A DNA stretch of 64,000 nt from an uncultured Prevotella sp. GTDB lineage: Bacteria > Bacteroidota > Bacteroidia > Bacteroidales > Bacteroidaceae. The translations under genes were made by a program, and so were the position numbers. The notes beneath the pieces are model-generated. The model had not been told where the DNA came from. It worked only from the letters and a program-made list of their open reading frames with translations, and did no database searches. Where the stretch lies: positions 5,395 to 69,394 of the forward strand of contig CALMHT010000180.1 of the NCBI GenBank assembly GCA_937863835.1, read 5' to 3'. The number at the start of each line of letters is the position of its first letter. Position 1 is the first letter of the stretch. Positions 51,055 to 59,749 of the stretch are shown in pieces.

Positions 51055-51981
51055 ATGAGTTTGCAACAATTGGAATACCTCATCGCAGTGGACCGCTTCC
51101 GCCATTTCGGCAAGGCAGCCGACTACTGCAACGTGACTCAACCAACACTGAGCGCCATGATTCAGAAGTTGGAAGAAGAACTAGGCGTGAAACTGCTTGA
51201 CCGCACTGTGCATCCCCTGGAACCCACCAAAATCGGACTATTGGTTCTGGAACAGGCACGGAAGGCATTGTACAGTGCCCGACATATCAAGGATATCGTA
51301 TACGAACAGAAAAACTCGTTCGAAGGTACGTTCAATCTAGGCATCATCCCCACCATTGCCCCGTATCTCATACCCCGTTTTTTCCCCCAACTGGCCAACA
51401 ATCACCCCGAAATGGATATCAGGATTACAGATATGAAGACGGAGGATATTAAGGAGGCTATCCGTACAGGCGATATTGATGCCGGTATCGTGGCAGACCT
51501 GGACGATATGGATAATTTTGAAAAGACGGATTTATACTATGAGGAACTCTTCGTATATGTATCCCCCGAAGACAAACTTATCAGTTATGACAAGATCAAG
51601 GACAAGGATCTGAACGGAGAATTTCTCTGGCTTTTAGGCGAAGGTCACTGCATGAGTCAACAGTTGCAGAAGTTCTGCAATCTCAAGCATGCAGCAAGAA
51701 GTGAACGAGCTTATCGCTTAGGTAGTCTGGAGACTTTTATGCGCATGGTGGAAGGCGGCAGAGGCGTGACCTTCATCCCCGAACTTGCCGTGAAGCAACT
51801 GACTGAAGATAAGCGCAAACTAGTGCGTTCGTTTGCCATCCCAACTCCCACACGACATACCATCATCATCACTCGCAGAAACTTCATCCGTAAGTCTATC
51901 CTTAAGTTGATTACGGAAAGCATTCTGAAATCAATTCCGGCTGATATGATGAAGTTGAAACCGCATCAGCAAAAAGTATAA
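51055..51981 (+). CDS. oxyR: Hydrogen peroxide-inducible genes activator OxyR (LysR family)
   Basis: LQQLEYLIAV..F.HF..AA..C.VTQPTLS HTH; GIIPTIAPYL; redox pair GHC-x8-C (GHCMSQQLQKFC); 308 aa from the ATG at 51055. Confidence 0.93.
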   Translation: MSLQQLEYLIAVDRFRHFGKAADYCNVTQPTLSAMIQKLEEELGVKLLDRTVHPLEPTKIGLLVLEQARKALYSARHIKDIVYEQKNSFEGTFNLGIIPTIAPYLIPRFFPQLANNHPEMDIRITDMKTEDIKEAIRTGDIDAGIVADLDDMDNFEKTDLYYEELFVYVSPEDKLISYDKIKDKDLNGEFLWLLGEGHCMSQQLQKFCNLKHAARSERAYRLGSLETFMRMVEGGRGVTFIPELAVKQLTEDKRKLVRSFAIPTPTRHTIIITRRNFIRKSILKLITESILKSIPADMMKLKPHQQKV

Positions 51982-52081
51982 TCTTGTAAAGGTAATAATA
52001 ACTGATAAGTATTTTGCCAGCTAATCATGCTCTGAAATGAATAAAAATATCTATCTTTGCCATAAATTATAGAAATACATT

Positions 52082-53062
52082 ATGAAACGAAAAGTTATAG
52101 TTTTGCTTTTTTTCTTTATACTACCAGTAGCATTGGTAGCAAAAGTGTCTACATACCCTATTAAGGTGAATGCACTCAACCAGCAGACTTTTCCTAAAAG
52201 TGTACCGGCAGGCAACTATAGCGGTATCGTGCATATCAGCGATAATCTGTATGGCATCGTCAATGATAAATCGCCCGTAGACGGATATTATGTATTCAAA
52301 ATAGACATTGATTCGGTACAAGGGAAAATTAATAATGTAGAATTTGTACGATTTGTCGTAAGTGGAATGTCTAACAGAGATGAAGAGGGAATAGCATTCA
52401 GAACTTCTGACAGCACAATTTATATCAGTGGCGAAAGTGATAATGTTATACTTCAATATGCATTGGATGGCAGACCGACAGGGCGTAGTCTGGCAATACC
52501 TCAGATTTACAAGACGATTGCACCTAATTCCGGTTTTGAGTCGCTTACGTACAATGATTCGACCCATACTTTTTGGATTGCCAATGAATGTCCTCTTTCT
52601 ATTGACGGACAACCTGCCAGTCCTACTAACAAGGTACAAAATTTAATTCGGATACAGTCTTTCAATGATTCTCTGCAGCCCGGTCAACATATCATATATC
52701 GTATGGATGTTCCCGAAGCCAAATCATCCGCTGCGAATTATGCGATGGGTGTAAGTGAAATGCTCGCTCTTGATGATGGAAGTCTTCTCGTCCTGGAAAG
52801 AGAGTTTTATGTACCGTCATCCAAATTAGGTTCGTTCGTAAACTGTAAGTTATATCAGATTAAACCGGGAACAGAGGGTAAAAATCTCGTTTGTCAATTC
52901 AAGACATCCTTGTCGCTTTTCAATTATAAAATAGCAAATTACGAAGGAATGTGCCTGGGACCGAAATTGAAAAACGGGAAACAAACAATCATTATGGTTT
53001 CCGATTCTCAAAACCAGTATGCGGGAGTTCTTCATGATTGGTTTAAAGTACTTACGTTTTAG
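52082..53062 (+). CDS. Exported esterase-like/phytase-like beta-propeller protein
   Basis: Signal peptide; repeated D.EGI, NSGFESL, GVSE.LAL, LV.ER, NYEGM..GP and SDSQN motifs. -7 element TATCTTTG at about 52052. Confidence 0.8.
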   Translation: MKRKVIVLLFFFILPVALVAKVSTYPIKVNALNQQTFPKSVPAGNYSGIVHISDNLYGIVNDKSPVDGYYVFKIDIDSVQGKINNVEFVRFVVSGMSNRDEEGIAFRTSDSTIYISGESDNVILQYALDGRPTGRSLAIPQIYKTIAPNSGFESLTYNDSTHTFWIANECPLSIDGQPASPTNKVQNLIRIQSFNDSLQPGQHIIYRMDVPEAKSSAANYAMGVSEMLALDDGSLLVLEREFYVPSSKLGSFVNCKLYQIKPGTEGKNLVCQFKTSLSLFNYKIANYEGMCLGPKLKNGKQTIIMVSDSQNQYAGVLHDWFKVLTF

Positions 53063-53866
53063 TTATATACGAAACCGTATGTAAGCCCGGTCATCAAATG
53101 ATTTGTTACCTAGCATCCATCCTTTCGTAGCTTTAAAATGGAGGTAGCACAAAGGGTCTTGCTGTAAAATGTCAGTTAGTGCCTTTTCACTTTCATCTAG
53201 GGATGACTTTAATATCGGATAGCCGTCTGAAGCCAATACGATTTCGTCGTTTTCGTTTACATGTAGAATCTTAATCTTTTCCATGGGTACCGAAAAGCCG
53301 TCAATCACAGCATAATCAATGTTTTGTCGTTGTGTCGCAGTTATCAGATCATCATATATATAGTCTCTTCCTGTGTCGTGTTTCCGCAATTCGGTTATTG
53401 TCACACCTTCAGCTATGGATTTCCGTATGAAATCACTACGTTTAGACGCATTCTCTGTTTCTGTAGGTTTGGGATTATCGTAAAGTTGGCCATTGATAAG
53501 ACATTGACAATCGCCAACCATCCATATCTCTTTCCTTGTTTTACTATAACAGATAGCACTCGCTGTGGTACGCTGGTGAGGATATTGCTTCATCTCTGGG
53601 ATGATGCCTTTGTCTTGATATGCCTTCATGATCCTGTCTGTAGCTATAGAACAGAATGTTTGAACGTCACAGTCTTTTTTCAGGTGCTCGATGACTTCTG
53701 AGATATTCTGCATACAGTATTGACCGTTGCTCATATTTTGACAGAAACGAGTGGATGTCTTACTCGTACTTCCGTCTATTACCGCTATGAAATTTTCGGT
53801 CGTTACGATCCCGTCTTCGCATTTCTGCTGACTGATCTTTCCTGTTATTTGCTGCTCGATTATCAT
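53063..53866 (-). CDS. PP2C/PPM-like metal-dependent phosphatase-fold protein
   Basis: CEDG, AVIDGST, VGDC, LASDG and FDDR correspond to PPM motifs 1, 2, 5, 8 and 11. Confidence 0.7.
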   Translation of the reverse strand: MIIEQQITGKISQQKCEDGIVTTENFIAVIDGSTSKTSTRFCQNMSNGQYCMQNISEVIEHLKKDCDVQTFCSIATDRIMKAYQDKGIIPEMKQYPHQRTTASAICYSKTRKEIWMVGDCQCLINGQLYDNPKPTETENASKRSDFIRKSIAEGVTITELRKHDTGRDYIYDDLITATQRQNIDYAVIDGFSVPMEKIKILHVNENDEIVLASDGYPILKSSLDESEKALTDILQQDPLCYLHFKATKGWMLGNKSFDDRAYIRFRI

Positions 53867-55733
53867 TGTTCATGTTGTTTCTTGAGTCGAATGTATTTGA
53901 CCTGCCATTTCCGCTATATAACAAAGGGATGATGTCTGTACGTCCTATCTTACGCAGTTCGTTTTCGATATTGCGCCGTTCTTCAGGTTTATACCAGAAA
54001 AAGAACTGTCGCTGTGCCAATTTTTCACGTGGAGTCTTGGCGCTGAACACGGGTTCCAGTGTATATGGGTCGAAACCTGTATACCATGTTTCTGTACTGA
54101 CTGTCATCGGAGTAGGGGTAAAGTCCTGTACCTGTTCCAAATGAAAATCAAGACGTTTGGTAATCGCAGCGAGTTCCGCCATATCTGCTTCTTTACACCC
54201 CGGGTGACTGCTGATGAAATAGGGAATCAGTTGTTCCCTGAGATTCTCTTCTTTATTGATCTTGTCAAAGACTTGTTTGAATTCCTCAAACTGTTTAAAA
54301 CTTGGTTTGCGCATCAGGTGTAATACCTTGTCGCTGGTATGTTCAGGGGCTACTTTAAGTCGTCCGCTTACATGCTTGCAAATCAGTTCTTTAGTATATT
54401 TACGCGCAGCTTCGTTGGCATGCTCGTCTTTACTTTTGTACAACAGTAGATCGTAACGCACACCACTACCGATAAAACTCTTCTTGATGCCCGGTATCGC
54501 ATCCACGGTATGGTATATGTCGAGTAGACGGGTATGATCGGTATCTAGATTCGGACAGATCTGCGGATTGATACAACTGGGGCGTTTACATTTCTCGCAT
54601 ATATTCTTATTGTGGCCAGCCATACCGTACATATTGGCGGACGGTCCACCCAAATCGGAGAGATAACCTTTAAAGTCGGGAAGTTCCATCACTTTCTTCA
54701 CCTCGTTTACAATACTTTCCTTACTGCGGCAAGAGATAAATTTACCTTGGTGTGCACTGATGGTGCAAAATGCGCATCCACCGAAACATCCTCTGTGAAT
54801 GTTGACAGAGAATTTAATCATATCATAAGCCGGAATACGTTTGCCTTTATATTTGGGATGGGGCAGACGCGTATAAGGATATTCGAAAGAAGTGTCCAGT
54901 TCTTCGGTTGTCAATGGAGGATAAGGAGGGTTTACTACAGCAAACAGTCCATCTACTTCCTGTATAAGTCTTTGGGCATGCATCTTATTCGACTCTTCCT
55001 CTATATGTCTGAAGTTTTCCGCTTCAGCCTTTTTGTCATGGAGACATTCTTCGTGAGAATGGAGAACGATATCATTGTCATTGATACCTTCGGGTATATC
55101 TTCTTTCTTTGACAGATATACCGTCTGGGGAATATCTCTTATATCCTTCACTGCAACACCTGACGATAATTTTTCACAGAGTTGAACAATCGGTTTTTCA
55201 CCCATACCGTATATAATCATATCAGCTTTAGAATCGCACAATATGCAGCGCATGAGTTTGTCTTGCCAATAATCGTAATGAGTAAGCCGACGCATCGACG
55301 CCTCTATACCTCCAAGAATAATAGGCACATCCGGATATAGATTCCTGAGTATATTGGAATAGACTATAGTAGGATATTCAGGACGACAGTCATGCCGCCC
55401 GTCCGGACTATAAGCGTCTTCTGAGCGTAACCGCCTGTTGGCGGTATATTTGTTGACCATAGAATCCATACATCCCGGAGCGATGCCAAAAAAGAGTCGT
55501 GGCCGACCAAGTTTTTTAAAGTCTCTGAAATCGCCATGCCAGTCAGGTTGTGGAACGATTGCTACTTTATAACCTTGAGCCTCTAATGTACGACCAATTA
55601 CGGCAGCTCCGAATGATGGGTGGTCTACGTATGCGTCAGCAGAGAAGAGGATGATGTCCAATTCCGACCATCCTCTCAACTCCACTTCCTTTTTTGTTGT
55701 TGGTAACCAATCTGTCAGTCTGTATTCTTTCAT
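53760..55733 (-). CDS. YgiQ-family (UPF0313) radical SAM protein
   Basis: DAYVDHPSFG, GIEAS.RR..HYDYW, RGCFGGCAFC (CxxxCxxC), DLGGPSANMY, LKVAPEH, YFISSHPG and QVQDFTPTP. Confidence 0.94.
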   Translation of the reverse strand: MKEYRLTDWLPTTKKEVELRGWSELDIILFSADAYVDHPSFGAAVIGRTLEAQGYKVAIVPQPDWHGDFRDFKKLGRPRLFFGIAPGCMDSMVNKYTANRRLRSEDAYSPDGRHDCRPEYPTIVYSNILRNLYPDVPIILGGIEASMRRLTHYDYWQDKLMRCILCDSKADMIIYGMGEKPIVQLCEKLSSGVAVKDIRDIPQTVYLSKKEDIPEGINDNDIVLHSHEECLHDKKAEAENFRHIEEESNKMHAQRLIQEVDGLFAVVNPPYPPLTTEELDTSFEYPYTRLPHPKYKGKRIPAYDMIKFSVNIHRGCFGGCAFCTISAHQGKFISCRSKESIVNEVKKVMELPDFKGYLSDLGGPSANMYGMAGHNKNICEKCKRPSCINPQICPNLDTDHTRLLDIYHTVDAIPGIKKSFIGSGVRYDLLLYKSKDEHANEAARKYTKELICKHVSGRLKVAPEHTSDKVLHLMRKPSFKQFEEFKQVFDKINKEENLREQLIPYFISSHPGCKEADMAELAAITKRLDFHLEQVQDFTPTPMTVSTETWYTGFDPYTLEPVFSAKTPREKLAQRQFFFWYKPEERRNIENELRKIGRTDIIPLLYSGNGRSNTFDSRNNMNNDNRAANNRKDQSAEMRRRDRNDRKFHSGNRRKYE

Positions 55734-55737
55734 CTAA

Positions 55738-56088
55738 TTAATTGAACGGAGTACCTTGTACGGCTCTGATTGTACAATCAATGCCACTGCACTCCTGTTT
55801 GTTTTTCCAATTAATGAACAGCAATACCAACTGTTGAAGTCCGTATGCTTTCATATTTGAATTGTAAATAACATCAAGACATAAGTCAAGAAGTTCCTTG
55901 TGTTTCCCCGCCTCTGATTCGAGAAGCGCGCGAATATTAAGTCTCAGTTTGTCCAAGACCTGTTCGTCTACATATCCATTACTGTCTATGAGTCCCTTAA
56001 ACAGATCAAATCTTTCGATAGTACGAAGATGTTCGTCTTTCACTGTGATGCTTCTGGTTCCAGAAACGTTTGCTTGAATTTTGTACAT
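55738..56088 (-). CDS. Conserved Bacteroidales hypothetical protein
   Basis: 116 aa, tightly coupled in the operon (4-nt and 21-nt gaps); MYKIQAN.SGTRSI start is typical of a Bacteroidales conserved family. Confidence 0.7.
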   Translation of the reverse strand: MYKIQANVSGTRSITVKDEHLRTIERFDLFKGLIDSNGYVDEQVLDKLRLNIRALLESEAGKHKELLDLCLDVIYNSNMKAYGLQQLVLLFINWKNKQECSGIDCTIRAVQGTPFN

Positions 56089-56109
56089 AATTTTAGGTAT
56101 TAAAGGTTT

Positions 56110-58710
56110 TTATTTTAAAAGGTACTTTATTATTCCCTTCATAATTGTTTTTCTTACTGTCTCATCCTTTATACATTCGAATGGGAATCCCATGGTGAAG
56201 CAACTGTAATCATTGCCTTTGTATGCGACACCGGCTGGTAATGTATCAGAATATTGCATCGCACAAAATGCCGGGGATATCGGATTTATTATATCGGATG
56301 ATGTGGATGCGTAATGTTCTTCGTTTATTTCTTTGTATATAGTGAATGTATTATCCAATCCTCTCACAGTATCATTTCTGTTGACCAGTTCTGTGGAATC
56401 ACAACTTATTTTCAATACATTTGCTATAAAAGATTTGTCTTTATCCGAATTCATGTCCGATCCCACGTATGAACCGCTTACAAATAACCTGCCGCCTCTT
56501 GATGTATAATCCTGAAGCTTAGCCTGCATGGATGATTTGAACGTCTTGTAATATTCCAGGCTGTGTCTGTCATCCTTTTCCTGTCCAAGAATCATATCAA
56601 GTAAGGCATATTTGTTTAATGCGACAAGACCTGATTCAACAGCTAGACTCGAACAACTGACAATATTATAGTCTGTCATACTTGCAATAGCTTCCGCATG
56701 AGTTTTTACATAATCAAACGTATTTCCGACGATAAATTTACCGGTCAGTTCATCACTGCTATATCCAAGTCCGTCGGATTTACCTATCATACTTGTGTCA
56801 AAGTTGGTTTGTCTGCCGCAATAACCGACGGTCGTCCCATCACTTACACCTGGATCAGAATCCATATCAAATCCCTGTCTGATACTGTCATTGAGGATAG
56901 CCGGGGATGAAAGACGATGAAAACCGTTTATTATCATGATCGTCTTGGTAGCCAGAGGATTATAATAGGCAGAAAGAACTTCTGTCGCAAAACTTTCGCC
57001 GCCTTTATTGACTGCACTTACCTTAAAATGATAGAGCAAACCAGGTTCCAGTTTCATTTCATAATCATGATCACCTTTGATATAAGTACCATTATCAAAA
57101 TCAGAACTGCCTGCCGCGATATATAACAGATAACCGGTAGGTCTTGATGTCGGTTCTTCAGGATCGGTCACTTCATTCCATGATAATTTGATCTTATTAT
57201 CCTTTTTGAATTCTATTCTGAAATTATCAGGAGCAAGAGGCGTGATATTATATTTCTCATCATGCTCACTGGCGATAAATTTAGTTATAGTCTTATATAT
57301 CGATCGAGCCATATAGAAACGGAAATTAGGATCCTGTCCCATGATCATATCAGGAAAATTCTGATGCGACATCGTTTCCAGAATAGCAGACGGAACTTCA
57401 GGTATACGTGTTTCTGAATAATTCTTGTCGTATACCTCTCGTTTTATCCACCTTTTATACTTGTGCGTCAGGTCGTTCTGTACATTGTTCAACAGCATAT
57501 CAGCAAAATCTTTCGACATCATTCTTGATACACCGGAATTTAATACGCCGTCATTAAACTCAGTTGTACAGATAGCCAGTGAACCGATCATCGATTTCAT
57601 GTCCGTTCTGTATCCTGCGTCACTATGTATGGCAAGCGACAGTTCAAAAGGCACCTTTTTACCTTCTATCGAAGGCATATACACCGAACCGCCTCCCAGA
57701 TAATTGGTCATATAAGAACGTGTATTGATATCATCACCATAATCATCGGTACCTTTCTTCGAACTATATACCTGATATGGCATACCTGCCCATTGAGCAT
57801 AATAGCGGGCACCTTCCAGACAGCGGGGCAGTCCGCTGGTTTGTCCACCGCGTTGAATATTCCCCATACCGCCACCGAATCTTACAGCATCAGCCGTAAC
57901 GATGCCACGGTCATCACTATGGTTTGTCAGTACTACACAGTTGTATTGACTACATCCCTTATCAAATTCGAATGTACCGATATACACCCATGTACCGCCA
58001 CCCATCTGTTGGTTGACATTGATATTGGTCGACTGTCCTTTGTGATATACGATATATTGAGCATCGTCTATGCTCTCGGGTATGGTCTGATAACTGACAT
58101 ATACGGCATATCTGCCACTTTCAGGGAAAGAAGGCTGATAGATGATTTTACTACAGTTTGTTTTGCTATGGGTCGTTTTGTTCATTCTTGCCGTACCGGC
58201 TTCGAATGGATTTTCATTGTCAGCATAAGCACTGTCATGTTTTGCGAATCCCTTGTATTCAGTAGTCAACCATTCTTTATTGTTATAGGTAATCTCTGAA
58301 TATTGGCGACTGTCTTTGTCGTCATTGTCAACAATAATTTCATTCTTTTGCCAGTCACGTTCGCGGGGTGTGAAAACGACAGCCCCCGCTTTTTCCAACA
58401 TCGGAATGAGGTATGGAACAACTATCGTCTGTGTAAACAAATCTTCGTTTGTACAAAACAGATTTGGGCGTTGCCATAACCATCTGTTTTGGGATATATT
58501 ATAATACCTTCCATGAGAAGCCCATATAGAAATATGTCTGTTCTGTAAACCTCTGTTTATCTTGTATGGCAGAGAAACGTTCTTTACCCAGGGCGCACCA
58601 TCATAATCAACATCACCCCATTGATTTTTTATCTCAGGACTGTCCTGAGCAAACACATTGGATACAATGGCTGATAATAATATGATTATGATGTATAATG
58701 TCCTTTTCAT
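56110..58710 (-). CDS. Exported multidomain protein: N-acetylmuramoyl-L-alanine amidase-like domain interrupted by a golvesin/xanthan-lyase CBD-like module, plus FN3 (commonly annotated as xanthan lyase)
   Basis: Signal peptide; amidase_3-like Zn ligands SHG...NEDL, AIHSDA and ILE; insert YAVYVSY...GGTWVYIGTF...VTADAVRFGGGMG; FN3 APDNF...LSW...YHFKVSAVNKGGES. Confidence 0.72.
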   Translation of the reverse strand: MKRTLYIIIILLSAIVSNVFAQDSPEIKNQWGDVDYDGAPWVKNVSLPYKINRGLQNRHISIWASHGRYYNISQNRWLWQRPNLFCTNEDLFTQTIVVPYLIPMLEKAGAVVFTPRERDWQKNEIIVDNDDKDSRQYSEITYNNKEWLTTEYKGFAKHDSAYADNENPFEAGTARMNKTTHSKTNCSKIIYQPSFPESGRYAVYVSYQTIPESIDDAQYIVYHKGQSTNINVNQQMGGGTWVYIGTFEFDKGCSQYNCVVLTNHSDDRGIVTADAVRFGGGMGNIQRGGQTSGLPRCLEGARYYAQWAGMPYQVYSSKKGTDDYGDDINTRSYMTNYLGGGSVYMPSIEGKKVPFELSLAIHSDAGYRTDMKSMIGSLAICTTEFNDGVLNSGVSRMMSKDFADMLLNNVQNDLTHKYKRWIKREVYDKNYSETRIPEVPSAILETMSHQNFPDMIMGQDPNFRFYMARSIYKTITKFIASEHDEKYNITPLAPDNFRIEFKKDNKIKLSWNEVTDPEEPTSRPTGYLLYIAAGSSDFDNGTYIKGDHDYEMKLEPGLLYHFKVSAVNKGGESFATEVLSAYYNPLATKTIMIINGFHRLSSPAILNDSIRQGFDMDSDPGVSDGTTVGYCGRQTNFDTSMIGKSDGLGYSSDELTGKFIVGNTFDYVKTHAEAIASMTDYNIVSCSSLAVESGLVALNKYALLDMILGQEKDDRHSLEYYKTFKSSMQAKLQDYTSRGGRLFVSGSYVGSDMNSDKDKSFIANVLKISCDSTELVNRNDTVRGLDNTFTIYKEINEEHYASTSSDIINPISPAFCAMQYSDTLPAGVAYKGNDYSCFTMGFPFECIKDETVRKTIMKGIIKYLLK

Positions 58711-58715
58711 ACTCT

Positions 58716-59270
58716 TTATATTTCACCGATACTGAATTTTTCGGGGTACTTGCCCGAGAAATCCTTGAAATAAAGTTTGATATCGCGCATATCCTTGTCT
58801 ATGTCACCTGTAGGCATTATACTCTTTGTGCAGGTTATCATTTTCTTATCATAATCTACACCATATAATATAATGGGAATCTTTGCTTTTAATGCAATAT
58901 AATAGAATCCTTTTTTCCATTCCGTATTCATAGAGCGTGTGCCTTCCGGGGTGATACAAAGATGAAAACTCTTGCTTTGTTCAGCCGTAGCCGCAAGATT
59001 ATCCGTCATACTCGTATGCTTCGACCGCCATACAGGTATGCCACCCAGTTTTTTAAACACAACACCCAAAGGCCAGAAAAACCATTCTTTCTTCATCAAG
59101 AAATTACATTGGAATCCTTCTGCACCTGAATACAGCAACCCCAATATGAGATCCCAATTGGAAGTATGCGGGGCCAAACATAAAATAAATTTGTCGGGGT
59201 GGGTTAAAGTTACATCCTTTTTCCACCCCCAAAGTCTATATAATATCCAGCGACATAGTTTTTTTATCAT
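58716..59270 (-). CDS. 1-acyl-sn-glycerol-3-phosphate acyltransferase family protein (PlsC-like)
   Basis: PHTSNWD (HxxxxD) and TPEGTRS motifs. Confidence 0.9.
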   Translation of the reverse strand: MIKKLCRWILYRLWGWKKDVTLTHPDKFILCLAPHTSNWDLILGLLYSGAEGFQCNFLMKKEWFFWPLGVVFKKLGGIPVWRSKHTSMTDNLAATAEQSKSFHLCITPEGTRSMNTEWKKGFYYIALKAKIPIILYGVDYDKKMITCTKSIMPTGDIDKDMRDIKLYFKDFSGKYPEKFSIGEI

Positions 59271-59280
59271 ATACCAAATC

Positions 59281-59553
59281 CTATACTAGATTATTAATTT
59301 GATCAATTAACTCATCTATATGCTTATTAAAATCACTTATCAGACGTTTGAAATAGACCTTTTGTTCTATTCCAGGTTCAACATGAGAAATCCGACGTAC
59401 AAAATCACTGTGAATCTGTAAAATACTGGTTAGTAAAGCGTCTACATTCTCTTTCGGCGGATTGTTTCCGTAAAGCGACGCAGCAACACATTCTGCAAAT
59501 AAATCACTGCAGATGTAATTGATAGTCTTCTTGAGATCTTTCTTGTTAGTCAT
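59281..59553 (-). CDS. Conserved hypothetical protein (90 aa), first gene of the minus-strand operon
   Basis: MTNKKDLKKTINYIC..LFAECVA typical of a Bacteroidales small protein; -7 element (CAAAGATA) at about 59587-59594. Confidence 0.72.
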   Translation of the reverse strand: MTNKKDLKKTINYICSDLFAECVAASLYGNNPPKENVDALLTSILQIHSDFVRRISHVEPGIEQKVYFKRLISDFNKHIDELIDQINNLV

Positions 59554-59749
59554 ATTAAATTACTCCTTTCATAGATTTTATATAGCAAAGATAACAAAAA
59601 ACTTGAATATGCAAGAATATTAATGGGAAAAAAGATTTAATTTTTGCTTTTTGCCCTTTTTCTTTATGTTTTATCATGGAAAAATAGTAAATTTGCAACT
59701 TAGAATTGAACATTAATTCATTATTCATATATTATTAACTTAAAAAATT

